A DNA stretch of 64,000 nucleotides, taken from contig CAWHCF010000006.1 of the NCBI GenBank assembly GCA_963827655.1, forward strand, positions 224,001 to 288,000. Direction: 5' to 3'. The first letter of the stretch is position 1. Each line of letters starts with the position of its first letter. This document shows positions 17,759-28,631 of this stretch, one piece after another. The notes under the pieces were generated by a model. The model had not been told where the DNA came from, did not search any database, and saw nothing but the letters and a program-made list of their open reading frames with translations. The DNA is from an uncultured Acidobacteriota bacterium. GTDB taxonomy: Bacteria > Acidobacteriota > UBA6911. Both the position numbers and the translations under genes were made by a program.

Positions 17759-20734
17759 ATGAGGAATCGAAGAACGTGGGTTGCCGTACTCGTCTTTGTC
17801 GGTGTCGTGCTTGGTGCGGAAACCGGATCGTCCCAGTCTCAGATCACGACAGGAACTATTCAGGGGAGCGTTACCGACGAAACCGGGGGCGTCATCCCGG
17901 GCGCTTCGGTGACGTTGACCCACGTGGCCACCGGGGTAACTCGAACGGTCCTTGCCGACGAGCATGGGCGCTACACCGCTCCTCTCCTTGAAGTCGGCGA
18001 CTATGAAATCGCCGTCGAGGCATCGGGGTTCGGCAAGGTGGTCCAGAAGGGCTACGTTCTTGCGCTCGGTCAGACGCTGGTGGTGAACATACCGATCAAG
18101 ATAGCTGGATTGGAACAGGTGGTCACGGTAAGCGACGAGTCACCTCTGGTGGAGACGTCGAAGGCTGAAACCAGCACGCTGGTCGACCGCCGAGCCGTGG
18201 CCAATCTCCCGTTGAATGGACGCCGGTTCCTGGACCTCGCGTTTCTGACGCCGGGCGTCAGCCAGGAGCGAGAGCGCGGCCAGGTGTCGTTGGCCGGCCA
18301 GCGCGGCATCAACAGCAACGTCAACGTGGACGGCGCCGATTTCAACCAGCCGTTTTTCGGCGGCCAGCGCGGCGGGGAGCGAACGAACGATGCCTACGTG
18401 GTCAGCCAGGAAGCGATTCGGGAATTTCAGGTCGTGCGTTCCGGCTTTGCCCCGGAGTTCGGACGGTCGACGGGAGGCGTGGTAAACGTCATCACCAAAT
18501 CGGGGACCAACCTCTGGCACGGCAGCGGGTTCTATTACCTCCGCCACCGCGAGTTTGCTCCGCGCACCGTTTTTGGCGACGATGTCGCTCCCACGCGCCA
18601 GCAGTTTGGCGGAACCGCCGGAGGACCGCTGAACCGCGACCAGACCTTCTTTTTCATGGCCTACGACCAGCAGGCTCAGCATGAGGCCTTGATCGTTCGC
18701 TTCAATAACCCCGCGGGTCTTCCGGCCGATCTCCTGGCGCAACAGGGAGTGTTCAAATCCACCAACGACGTGAATACCTACCTCGTGAAGGTCGATCACC
18801 AGTGGTCCGCTGCTACCCACGTCACGGCCCGCTACAACTACAGCCGCAACAAGGCCCTGAACGGTACCTTCACCGGGAGTTACCACCGGCGTGCGTGGAG
18901 AACAACGGAATCGAGCGGGATCGCACTCACACGGGCGTGCTGAACATCAATACGGTCATTTCAGCCACCATGCTCAATGAACTGCGCGGGCAGTACTCGT
19001 ATGAAGACCGGCCCCGCATCAACAACGGCGAAGCGCTCGATTTCAATTCGCAGGTGGGCCCGCAAGTGCAGGTCAGTCGCTGCTGCTTTTTCGGCGGGGT
19101 TGCGTTCCTTCCCGTCCAGCAGAACGACGACCGCCTCCAGTTTGCCGATAACTTTTCCCTGATCCGCGGGGCGCACAATATGAAGTTCGGGTTCGATTGG
19201 AATCGCGCCCACGTGGAGCAGATTTTCCGAGGCAACTGGCGTGGGGTTTACGTCTTCAATAACGTTGCCAGCTTCGTCAATGTCCTGAACCAGGTTCCAG
19301 GCGCCGTTGCCGACCAGTTCCGGGTTTTCTTCGGCAACGGTCGATTGGATGGCGTCGCAGTACGACGTCGCTACATTCTTTCAGGATTCGTGGAAAGTAA
19401 ACCGGCGCCTGACCATGACCGCCGGGCTGCGCTACGAAGCCGCCCTGAATCCACAGCCCGTATTTCCCAATTCGCTGCTCCCGCAGACGGCCAGGATTCC
19501 GAGTGACACGAAAGAATGGCAACCACGCCTGGGTCTGAGCTGGGATATTTCCGGGAATGGCCGAACCCTGCTGCGCGCCTCGTCCGGTCTCTTCTACGCG
19601 CGCACGCCCATGCTGCTGTTGAACCAGGCTTTCAACGCCAATGGCAACCCCGATGTCGGTTCCGCGTTCACGCTCAATCCGGCTCAAATTCGACAGGCTC
19701 AGTCGGTCCATCCTGAGTTTGTCTTCCCGTTTGTGCCGGATACCTCGAGCGCTGCCAACGCGTCGTATTTCACGGCTGCGGGTATCGCCGGCTTGCGTCC
19801 CGACGCCTCGTTCTTTGACCCGGAATTCAGGAATCCGCGCAGCTTCAATTACAGCCGTAGGGCTGGAGCAATTGCTCGCGAATAATCTGGCTCTTTCCCT
19901 GGATTGGGTGCACTCGAATACCGTTTACCTCGAGCGCATCCGTGACATAAACCTGGCGCCGCCGGTCGTTGGTAGGACAACTCCACTCCGCCCGTGCTTC
20001 GCCCACGATTCAACGTCTCGCTCCGGCCGGATCCCAACTTCAATATCCTTCGCAGCCAGGAGAGCAGCGCCCGTTCCAACTACGATGCGCTGTCGCTCTC
20101 GCTGAACAAGCGGTTTGCCAGCCGATACCAGTTCCTGGGCTCCTATACTCTCGCCTATAACCGTGACGATGACTCCAATGAACGCAACTTCGCGGGTATA
20201 ACCTATGAAAACGCGTTCAATCTGATCGACGAGTACCGTTGGAGCCGAAATGACATCAGGCACCGCGGGGTGCTCAGCGGCAGTTACGACATCCCCGGGG
20301 GATTCCTGGTTTCGGGAATCGTGACCTATCGGACCGGCCTGCCGTTTACCGCTTTCACGGGTGTCGACAGCAACGGCGATTCGCAGTTTACCGACCGGCC
20401 GATTATCGCCGGAATTCCCTTGCTGCGTAACAGCTTCCGCCAGCCGAATTTCTTTAACGTCGACCTGCGGGTTTCGAAAACGTTCACCGTCAAGGAAAAC
20501 CACAAGCTGGAACTGCTCTTTGACATGTTCAACGTTACCAACCAGCGTAACTTTTTCTACCTAGTGTCGACCAACGAGAGCACGACGACGGCAACGGGAT
20601 CCGTGTGGGGGACCGATCAGACGCCGCTTCCGACCTTCCGCACTCTGCAGAATCCCGACGGCACCTACAACCGGAACACTGCGAGTGTGGCCTCGCCGTT
20701 CCAGTTGCAGGCGGCGCTGCGCTACAGTTTCTAG
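17759..20734 (+). CDS. TonB-dependent receptor (Oar-like, carboxypeptidase-regulatory N-domain), several frameshifts
   Basis: Signal peptide, GTIQGSVTDETGGVIPGA, LPLNGRRFLDL, TKSGTN, FFQDSWK, QLQAALRYSF; pieces 17759-18943, 18802-19506, 19307-19885, 19994-20734. Confidence 0.9.
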
Positions 20735-20802
20735 GCAGCCGAAGGACCGCAAAGACACCAGGACGCCAGGATATTGCAACGATCGATCGGGCGCGAAAAC
20801 GC

Positions 20803-21358
20803 ATGCAGCCCTATGACGTCTACAGTCTAGGTTTTTCCAACCGTATCCTGGGACGCGACCGTCGAGATTCTTCACGCCTTCGGCATCCGTTGTGTTGTCG
20901 ACATCCGCACCTTACCCGGCTCCCGGCATACGCCTCAGTTCAACAAGAGCGTTCTCGAGAAAGCGCTGCCCAGGGAGAACATCGAATACATTCACCTGAA
21001 GCCTCTCGGAGGACTGCGCAAGCCGAAGCGGGGCGACACGACGAACGAAGGCTGGAAGAATTCAGGTTTTCGAGGTTATGCCGACTACATGCAGACCGAG
21101 GAATTCAGCCAGGCGCTGGACGACCTGATCCGGATAGTGTCCGACAAGACCTGCGTCTATGCTTGTACCGAAGCTGTTTTCTGGCGCTGTCACCGTGCCC
21201 TGCTGTCCGACGCGCTGACCGTGAGGGGTTACAAAGCAGGGCACATATTCGGCCCGACCAAGTGCGAGCCCCATTCGCTCACCAGTTTCGCCTGCGTCGA
21301 AGGCAGCCGCATTACCTATCCGATTCTTACCGCGAAGACGCCAACTCTCTTCGGTTGA
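20803..21358 (+). CDS. DUF488 family protein, frameshift near 20845
   Basis: Read by hand: YSLGFSNR / VVDIRTLPGSRHTPQFN, LGGLR, FRGYADYMQT, CTEAVFWRCHR. Confidence 0.85.
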
Positions 21359-21360
21359 TT

Positions 21361-22149
21361 TCATCGGCCCTGGAAACTTGCCTTCCGCTTTTGAAGAAAT
21401 GCGTTTACACCCTCGAGGAAGTCCTCGGAGCGGAAGCAATCGGCCTGATTGAGCGCTTCGAACTCGAGCGCCGAGCTCAGATCGGCGCTCTGACCGTACA
21501 CGAGCGCCTCTTTTATTTTCCCCAGGGCAATGGCAGGAGCGGCCAGGAACGTTTCTACCAGAGCGTTGACAGTGGAGTCGAGTTTTTCAACCGGTACGAC
21601 CTGGTTTACCAGGCCGAGGGCGAGAGCCTGGGCGGCGTCAATGGTCACCCCTGTCGCCATCAGCTCAAAGGCCTTGGCATAGCCAACCAGGCGCGGCAGA
21701 AAATAGGTAGAACCGCCGTCCGGCATCAGTCCGATCTTGATGAAACCCATGCTGAACTTTGCCTGATCGGAGGCAATCCGGATATCGGAGGCCAGAGCGT
21801 AGCTGAAGCCGATGCCCGCCGCCGGACCATGCACCCGCGCGATAATCGGTTTGGGCATACGACTCATCGCGAGGATCGCAGGCGTGGTGTGCTTGCGCAA
21901 GCCCGCTGTGACATCGTAGCTCTTGATTTGTTCGGGCGTGCGGGCCTGAAGGTCGGCGCCGGCGCAGAAGGCGTCACCGGCCCCGGTCAGAACGATTACT
22001 TTGGTGTCGTCTCGGGCAGCCTGCTGAATAGCGTCGTGGAGCAGCTGCATCGCCTCGAAATCGACGGCGTTACGCCGTTCCGGACGGTTAAATGTAATAC
22101 GAGTGACGCGGTTCTCCACCGTCACTATCAGTTTTTCACCTGAACCCAT
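21361..22149 (-). CDS. Enoyl-CoA hydratase/isomerase (PaaG-like crotonase)
   Basis: NRPERRNA, AFCAGADL, HGPAAGIG, GLMPDGG, EGVNAFLQKR. Confidence 0.93.
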   Translation of the reverse strand: MGSGEKLIVTVENRVTRITFNRPERRNAVDFEAMQLLHDAIQQAARDDTKVIVLTGAGDAFCAGADLQARTPEQIKSYDVTAGLRKHTTPAILAMSRMPKPIIARVHGPAAGIGFSYALASDIRIASDQAKFSMGFIKIGLMPDGGSTYFLPRLVGYAKAFELMATGVTIDAAQALALGLVNQVVPVEKLDSTVNALVETFLAAPAIALGKIKEALVYGQSADLSSALEFEALNQADCFRSEDFLEGVNAFLQKRKASFQGR

Positions 22150-22220
22150 AAAGATCCTCGCAAGTTTTAGGTAGTATTCTGACGCACGTAGGGTTCGCGC
22201 AGAAATAAGTTCGCATTCTG

Positions 22221-22321
22221 CTGCAGGCCCCCAGGCCCGCTGGCGAGGCGCGAGCGACGATGCGTACCCGGTGCGGTACGTGAGAAGCGAGCAACAAAGC
22301 CAGCGGGCCTGCGGGCCGCAG
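22221..22321. repeat. Palindromic REP/MITE-like element
   Basis: Arms CTGCAGGCCCCCAGGCCCGCTGG and CCAGCGGGCCTGCGGGCCGCAG are near reverse complements; inner CGTACC...GGTACG hairpin. Confidence 0.7.
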
Positions 22322-22494
22322 CCCGAAGGGGCGCGATCCTCACCCTGCTTAGCGAACAGAAACCGGTTCATGATTGACCGCCGATTCTCGCGCCAGAATG
22401 TGAAGTTATTTCTGCGCGAGCCCTTAGGTCACGGAACTTATCACGGAGTCGCGAAGACACAAAGGTCGTCGTCTCTTCGGGGGCTTGCGCCGCC

Positions 22495-23253
22495 ATGAAA
22501 TCGAAAGCTGTGATGACTCTGGACCGGGTGCTTTCTCGCTTCGGCCTCGCTTCACGGACTGACTCGCGCGAAGCCATTCTAGGAGGGCGCCTGAAGGTAA
22601 ACGGGAAGGTCGTGCGCAATCCCGAACTCTGGGTGCGTCCGGAAAAGGACGTGATTCATCTCGACGGCAATCGCCTCAAACCAGCCCGCAAGGTCTACCT
22701 CCTTTTCTACAAACCTAAAGGAGTGATCACCAGTCATGGAGACCCCGGCGATCGCAAGACCGTTTACGACTACATTCAGGAGAAGAACGCCTGGGTTGTT
22801 CCTGTGGGGCGTCTCGATCGGGACACTTCCGGGCTGCTATTGCTGACCAACGACACCGATTTCGCCGAATTCGTTACTGCGCCTGAATCCAGGGTCCCCA
22901 AGACCTATCTTGTGAAAGTAAGTGGACTTCTCTCGGAGGAGACTTTAGCAAGCCTCAGGAGCGGGGTGAGGCTGAAAAGGGGAGATTGGGCCAAGCCTGA
23001 GAGAATTACGCGGTTGAAAGACCGAGGGAAATATACCTGGCTCGAGATTGTGCTGACCGAGGGGAAGAACCGCGAAGTCCGGCGCATGATCGAGACGGTG
23101 GGATTCAAGGCGCTCAAGCTTGTCAGGACGCGAATCGGCGCATTGACGCTGGAGAACCTCGAGGTGGGGAAGTACCGGAGAGTAACCGCCAGTGAAGTTG
23201 CTGCCCTGAAAGAGTACCGACGATCCGATTTACGATTGACGATTGACGATTGA
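22495..23253 (+). CDS. rRNA pseudouridine synthase, RsuA/RluB family
   Basis: S4 domain, YKPKGVI, PVGRLDRDTSGLLLLTND, EGKNREVRRM. Confidence 0.95.
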   Translation: MKSKAVMTLDRVLSRFGLASRTDSREAILGGRLKVNGKVVRNPELWVRPEKDVIHLDGNRLKPARKVYLLFYKPKGVITSHGDPGDRKTVYDYIQEKNAWVVPVGRLDRDTSGLLLLTNDTDFAEFVTAPESRVPKTYLVKVSGLLSEETLASLRSGVRLKRGDWAKPERITRLKDRGKYTWLEIVLTEGKNREVRRMIETVGFKALKLVRTRIGALTLENLEVGKYRRVTASEVAALKEYRRSDLRLTIDD

Positions 23254-23489
23254 CGATTGGGAGTTGGTTGTCACTTGTGATTTCTGGTTGCTTCCTCGTC
23301 TGCATCTTAACGGTTGGTTTTGTTCCGCTACACTAACCACGAAGCCACGAAGTCGCAAAGACACTGAACATGCCATTCATGATGGAAGCCGTCCCCGATG
23401 AAGCGCAGTCGGCAATCGACGAACGTCGATTGTGAGTGAGGTTGTGGTACAATCACCGTCCCAATCGTAAATCGTAAATCGTAAATCGA
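23226..23489. repeat. Inverted pair of heptamer arrays (CGATTGA)x5 ... (AAATCGT)x4 between convergent genes, enclosing a nonamer array
   Basis: Arrays at 23226-23260 and 23462-23489; CCACGAAGCCACGAAGTCGCAAAGACAC at 23337-23364. Confidence 0.9.
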
Positions 23490-23490
23490 T

Positions 23491-25719
23491 TCAGGGGATT
23501 TTTACGATGAGCTTGGTGGTGCCTGTGGATCCGGTCGAATCACCCGCGCGCAGTCCGATCGCATGTTCCCCGGGAGCCAGATCCAGCGTCGTCATCTGAA
23601 AATCCTCTTGAGGCGAATCTGCGATCCCGTCCGTCGGGAAGACGAGAAACCACTCACCTCCGTCCACTGAGAATTCGGCACTCAAGATGCGATCGGTCGG
23701 AACCCGGGCTCGGAAATGAATCTCAACCTTCTTGCCGCTGATCTTGTGATTGACGACCTCCAGCTGCGGCGTTCCGTTGCTGATCACAAACGGCTTTGAG
23801 ACCATCTCTCCGATCAAGAACTTGCCAAAGGGGTTGGACGGCGCGTCGCTGGCGACAATTTTCATGGTGTACACGCCATCGGGAAGCGATGCGCTATCCA
23901 GAGTGTAGAAGACATCGGTAACCTTTTTCTCCAGCAACTTCCAGTCTGCTTCCCCTTCTCCTCTGAAAAAGATGGAATATTCCAGCGTGTCGTCATTGTC
24001 GTCCGTGGCTTTCCACGAGAATGACTGAGCGCCCGGTTGGACGATCTGGCGCGGCGGTAAAGGCTGTTTTTCCTTTCCCCGTTCGCGCGGGGCATTCAAA
24101 GGAGCCCCGTCGGTGCCCATCGACGAAAAGCTGACACTCCCGGATGGCAGCGAGGGCGTTTTTTGCAAGGCCAAACCGGAGGGAAGAACGTTGATGCTCA
24201 CAACCTGCGGGCGCAGGTTCTGTTGCAAATACGATACTCGAACTCTCTCGAGCAGGTCCGTAGCTGCGTTGGTGCTCGGGTTGGTGCCTCGCTTGAAGGC
24301 AGCTCTCCATTGGAAGTACCGTGCCTTCGGGCTGGTGACCTGCTGGCCGGCACTGGTGTAAGGCGCGCTCCAGTCGCTCCAGGAGCTGTCCGGCTTTTCC
24401 GTATTGCCGCTCCTGGTAGATAGCTCGACGCTGCCGCCTGCCGGATTCATCATGTTCCAGGCGATCTTTCCCCAGGCTGCCACGGTCTTCGCGTCCAGAA
24501 GCTTTGACTCGAACGTACCGGTTTCCGTTCTCTGTGATTGCAGTCTGTAGACCTTCCCCTGGTTACTTCCTGCTACCCAGACAGCGTCGGTCCCCTGCAC
24601 CAGTCTCGTCATCTGCTCCTCTGGAGAATCAGTGATGACCGTGACCTGTTTCGCGGCATCAATCGAGAGCAGCCTGCCTTTGCCTCCAGTCGAGGCCAGA
24701 ATGCTGCCGTCAGTACGAACCATCACGTCGTAGACCATCTGGTCCCTTGAGGTAAAGACCGTTTCCGTGCTTCCGTCTTTGGTAATTGAATAGATGGATG
24801 ACTTGGATCCTGTGGAATCCTTCTCGCCGCCGGGTGCAGTAACGGCTGAGACAGGCTCCTTGGATTTCTCCGAGACGCTCCCGAGCGCTTGAATCGTAAC
24901 GATGGGAAGGGCGCCGGCGATCGTATCCGGGCTCGAGGTGCTCTTGACTGCCGGTGGACTCGCGAGGCTCTTCGAACTTGAAGCTACGGCATGGACGGTG
25001 CCGAACCGGTCCAGCGCCAGCGAGCGGATTTCCTCCATCGGCGAATCGAGCAGCGTAAAGGCCTTGCCCTGCGGATTGATCTGTAGAACAAGTCCTCCCG
25101 GCGAAGTGCCGGCCAGGAGATTGGCGCCCTCCCTGACCAACGACACGATGTGGCTGTCATCGCTGTCATAGAAGCTCGACTTCTTTCCTGCGCGGTCCAC
25201 TTTGTGGATGATTCCCCGCCCTCCCGTTCCGACGTAAAGGTTACCGGCGTCATCGAAGACCAGCGACCAGATGTACTTTTCTTCCGGCGCGCAAAACTCG
25301 GTCGCCTGGTTCGGTCCGGTGACTTTGTAGACCTTACCGTCCGGCGACGAGCCTACGTACAACGTGTCCGACCCATCCAGAGCGAGAGCGAAAATGTCCA
25401 GTTCTTTGGTCTGGTAATAGAGCGTGCCGTTCCCCTTGGAGTCAACCTTGAAAACCTTTCCTTCGTGCCCGGTCCCGAGGTAGAGGTTTCCTGCCTTGTC
25501 GCGCACCATCGAGAAAATGTAGGGCTGGCCGGTATCGTAGACCATCTCGTAGCTGGGGGCCAGAAACAGCTTTCCGTCTGACGTGAGTGATACGCGCGTG
25601 AGCGTTCCCTTCAGCAGCTCTTCCTGGGTAAAGTTCTCCCAGAACTGGGGTGTGACGGCCGTTGCCGTGAAACACACAAGCAGCAGGTAAAGCAGGGCAC
25701 ACAAGCCTCTATATCGCAT
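23491..25719 (-). CDS. Secreted beta-propeller repeat protein with C-terminal FN3/Ig-like domains
   Basis: Signal peptide; repeated DxxGNLYxGT.xxGKVxKV blades; WKATDDNDDTLEY and LPDGVY...ASD. Confidence 0.75.
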   Translation of the reverse strand: MRYRGLCALLYLLLVCFTATAVTPQFWENFTQEELLKGTLTRVSLTSDGKLFLAPSYEMVYDTGQPYIFSMVRDKAGNLYLGTGHEGKVFKVDSKGNGTLYYQTKELDIFALALDGSDTLYVGSSPDGKVYKVTGPNQATEFCAPEEKYIWSLVFDDAGNLYVGTGGRGIIHKVDRAGKKSSFYDSDDSHIVSLVREGANLLAGTSPGGLVLQINPQGKAFTLLDSPMEEIRSLALDRFGTVHAVASSSKSLASPPAVKSTSSPDTIAGALPIVTIQALGSVSEKSKEPVSAVTAPGGEKDSTGSKSSIYSITKDGSTETVFTSRDQMVYDVMVRTDGSILASTGGKGRLLSIDAAKQVTVITDSPEEQMTRLVQGTDAVWVAGSNQGKVYRLQSQRTETGTFESKLLDAKTVAAWGKIAWNMMNPAGGSVELSTRSGNTEKPDSSWSDWSAPYTSAGQQVTSPKARYFQWRAAFKRGTNPSTNAATDLLERVRVSYLQQNLRPQVVSINVLPSGLALQKTPSLPSGSVSFSSMGTDGAPLNAPRERGKEKQPLPPRQIVQPGAQSFSWKATDDNDDTLEYSIFFRGEGEADWKLLEKKVTDVFYTLDSASLPDGVYTMKIVASDAPSNPFGKFLIGEMVSKPFVISNGTPQLEVVNHKISGKKVEIHFRARVPTDRILSAEFSVDGGEWFLVFPTDGIADSPQEDFQMTTLDLAPGEHAIGLRAGDSTGSTGTTKLIVKIP

Positions 25720-25759
25720 CGATTCTCCAGAACTGCGCGGCGTCCGGCGAGGCGCCAGC

Positions 25760-27592
25760 TCAAGGCTTAATTTCGAGATTCAGGGTCTTCGCACCCGACA
25801 CGAGGTTATCGGAAGGAGGAAGCTCGTACTCCATGAATGTGGACGTTTGGATTGGATTCATTCCGCCGATATTGCGATCCGACCTCAGGATGGAAAGGAC
25901 GGAGGGAGGAAGGCCGGGCAGTCCCTCACCTCTTACCACCGCTCCGGCTTCCCGGCGATAGATTCGGACGTACAGGCGGTCATTTTTACGGATGTTATTA
26001 ATGAACTTGATCAGTTGACTCAGGTCACGAGGGATCAGGTCTTCCCCATGCTCGCGGGCATCCATCGACATGAGGTTTGTGCCATCGGCCACCAGCAGCG
26101 AGATAGGACCTGGAGTAACATCGGGCGGAATCTTAACCGGATACGACTCCTGGACAACGTCTCCGTTATTCTTCTTCGAAAAAATATCGAGATTCACCAC
26201 TTCGCCGGCCTTCAGCTCGGTGCGATCGTAACGTACCGAGTCAAGAAGAGCCCCGCGGTCGTCCTCGACGGCCGTTATTTCGAGGTTGATACTTTCGAAC
26301 TCCAGATTGTTGTAACCGGACGCAAGCAGGAAGTTCACCGGCAACGCAACTGAAAGGGATGCGAAAACGGGCGAGTTGCTATCGGAAGAAAAACGATTCT
26401 CGATTTCAACCGGCTGCTCCCCCTTGATGTTGATCTTGCCCTTTATTTCGAGCGTCGATACTCCCAGCGAGCGTTCAAAGGAAACGATATTGTTAAACAC
26501 CGTAAGGTTGATCAGAAAGGGCGTCAAGAATCTGTCGCTGGCCACCTCGTACTTAAGCAACTTCTTGGCGCCGCGGCTGGTGGTCATCTGCACCTGCATC
26601 GGAATCATCCTGGTTTTCTGTCCAAGAATTCCATAGATTCCGGATCCTCGATCTTGCCGGATCGTCCCCACCGGTTCACCGGTTTCCAGAATCTTGAAAG
26701 AGCTCTGCAAGCTGGGAAAGACGGAAATCGCCCTGCCCTTGTGCATCGGCAGTTCCGTTCGGCCCAGGTTGAAGAGCAGATGCCCGAATGCATAGACCTT
26801 GTCACCCTCGACGTGGGTCACCGTTCCGCCGGCCGATGCGTCGAGATCGCCGCGAATCAGCGGCACCACGATGTTAGATCCCCCTTCAATTGGGGTATTG
26901 TCGGAAGGGGCGGACGACCTGGCCGGAGTTGCAACACCTTGGAGCAACGTCAAGCCCAATGCCCTGAGCTGCGGAGCAAACGTCTGCGTCGCCTCCGGAC
27001 TGAAGCCTCCGATACTTACCGGGGTAGAAATCGGGACCAGCGCATGTCCGGCGAAAGGAGCCAGCGTAGGCTGAAAACGGGCTTCGAGAGGATTGACCAG
27101 GATGCTGCGATTCTTGATTCCGTTGTCGGGCAACTGCAACTGATAATCCCAGAGCATACTCTTTTTGAGAATGATCTTGCCGCCCAGAGTGCCGCCTTCC
27201 GACTGTTCCGCAAAGGCATCTACCATCTGTGTAATCGGAGTGATTCCGCACACCGCGTCTTTCGCAAAGGGGAAAGAGAAGGCAACCGCGCCGAGCAGTT
27301 TGCCGTCGATAAAAACAGGGCTTCCGCTCATCCCTTCGAAGACTCCTGTTCTTTCTAGCGGCCCGCCGCTGAGCCGCGCCAGCACAGCGTCGGCACCGGG
27401 ACTAATGCCGCGGAGAACTCCCAGGATCTCCACCGCAAACTCTTCCGGGCGGCTACCTTGATAGCAAGTCTTCCCGACTCCCTTCATGCCTGGACGCAAA
27501 TCTTGAACGTTGAAAAACTCAGTTCGCGCCAGCAGTGGCGAGAGCGACAGTAGCGCCGTTGCAGATGCTACCAGGAGCCTCTTTCGCATCAT
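25760..27592 (-). CDS. SpoIVB peptidase S55 domain protein
   Basis: Signal peptide; LRPGMKG.GKT, EGMSGSPVFIDGKLLGAVAF, AFGH. Confidence 0.88.
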   Translation of the reverse strand: MMRKRLLVASATALLSLSPLLARTEFFNVQDLRPGMKGVGKTCYQGSRPEEFAVEILGVLRGISPGADAVLARLSGGPLERTGVFEGMSGSPVFIDGKLLGAVAFSFPFAKDAVCGITPITQMVDAFAEQSEGGTLGGKIILKKSMLWDYQLQLPDNGIKNRSILVNPLEARFQPTLAPFAGHALVPISTPVSIGGFSPEATQTFAPQLRALGLTLLQGVATPARSSAPSDNTPIEGGSNIVVPLIRGDLDASAGGTVTHVEGDKVYAFGHLLFNLGRTELPMHKGRAISVFPSLQSSFKILETGEPVGTIRQDRGSGIYGILGQKTRMIPMQVQMTTSRGAKKLLKYEVASDRFLTPFLINLTVFNNIVSFERSLGVSTLEIKGKINIKGEQPVEIENRFSSDSNSPVFASLSVALPVNFLLASGYNNLEFESINLEITAVEDDRGALLDSVRYDRTELKAGEVVNLDIFSKKNNGDVVQESYPVKIPPDVTPGPISLLVADGTNLMSMDAREHGEDLIPRDLSQLIKFINNIRKNDRLYVRIYRREAGAVVRGEGLPGLPPSVLSILRSDRNIGGMNPIQTSTFMEYELPPSDNLVSGAKTLNLEIKP

Positions 27593-27740
27593 TGTTTGAG
27601 AACCTTTCCGAGGAATGATCAGGACCCGCGAGTTGCAAAGCTTAAGTATAAGACCCTCGCTGCGATAGGGTCAAGCATGACCGCGTCTTCGCGTCTTTGC
27701 GACTTTGTGGTTTAATACTGCCGGGACCACCAAGAAAGCC

Positions 27741-28349
27741 ATGAATACAGGGGACGCCCGAAACGCGGACCTGTGCGCCGTAATTCTCGCCGGGGGGCAA
27801 AGCCGCCGAATGGGTCGAAACAAGGCTCTGATCCAGGTCGAGAGTAGTCCGCTGATAGTTCGACTCGCCGAGCAGGCTTTGCGCCTCACCAACCAGGTTT
27901 TCGTCTCCTCGAACGATGCCGATGTTTACGACTTCCTCGGATTGCCGGCGCTCCCCGATCTGTATCCGGGACAGGGACCCCTGGCCGGCCTGCACGCCGC
28001 CTTCAAGACCACCGATCGTCCTCTGGTGCTCCTGCTGGCCTGCGACCTTCCGGCGCTTCATGATGTCATGCTGAAGCGTCTCCTCGAATTCTCCGAAGGG
28101 CACGACGCCGTAATCCCTCGTACGACCGACGGACGCCTCCATCCGCTCTGCGGCATTTATCGTCGAACCTGCCTGAACACTCTCGAGCACAACCTCAGAA
28201 GGGGCATCAATAAGATGACGGACCTGTTTCGAGACGGATCGCTGCGGGTGAAGCTCGTCAACGGACCCGACGGCCGGTTCGAGGACTCCGACCTCCGTAA
28301 CCTGAACACTCCTGAAGATCTGGAGGCTTACACTCACCGGAATTCTTAA
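27741..28349 (+). CDS. mobA: Molybdenum cofactor guanylyltransferase
   Basis: ILAGGQSRRMG.NKA, GPLAGL, LACDLP, NLNTPEDL. Confidence 0.93.
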   Translation: MNTGDARNADLCAVILAGGQSRRMGRNKALIQVESSPLIVRLAEQALRLTNQVFVSSNDADVYDFLGLPALPDLYPGQGPLAGLHAAFKTTDRPLVLLLACDLPALHDVMLKRLLEFSEGHDAVIPRTTDGRLHPLCGIYRRTCLNTLEHNLRRGINKMTDLFRDGSLRVKLVNGPDGRFEDSDLRNLNTPEDLEAYTHRNS

Positions 28350-28434
28350 GAGGTTGGCAGGCAGTGCCGCCTTGACCCGCGACCTGGTCGTGTCCCCAAA
28401 CCGACTCGGTCTTCCCCAAGTTTTGCAGACGTAC

Positions 28435-28481
28435 TCGCTACATCTAGGGTTCTTAATGAACCTCACCACGATATCTTGGGG
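28435..28481 (+). promoter_or_regulatory. Tandem NrdR-box-like operators upstream of smc
   Basis: TCGCTACATCTAGGGT (28435) and CCACGATATCTTGGGG (28466), 31 bp apart; extended -10 TGCTATAGT at 28520-28528. Confidence 0.6.
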
Positions 28482-28631
28482 CATTGCGACGATTTTTTGC
28501 ACTTGCCGTCCGCTTGCTGTGCTATAGTACGGACGAATTTCATTGGTCAGGGAATCGTGGACCTTCAAGCAAGCTCAATAGCTGCTGATTACCTCAAAAG
28601 CCGCCAAGCCACGATGAAGCACTAGGGTCGC

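Noticed and set aside
20605-22143. 512-aa plus-strand ORF
   Set aside because: It is an off-frame overlap of DUF488 and antisense to the enoyl-CoA hydratase; a GC-rich shadow ORF with no motifs
27642-28568. 308-aa minus-strand ORF and similar long antisense ORFs (33398-34276, 36534-37469, 50084-51082, 53380-54414)
   Set aside because: They are antisense shadows of well-supported genes
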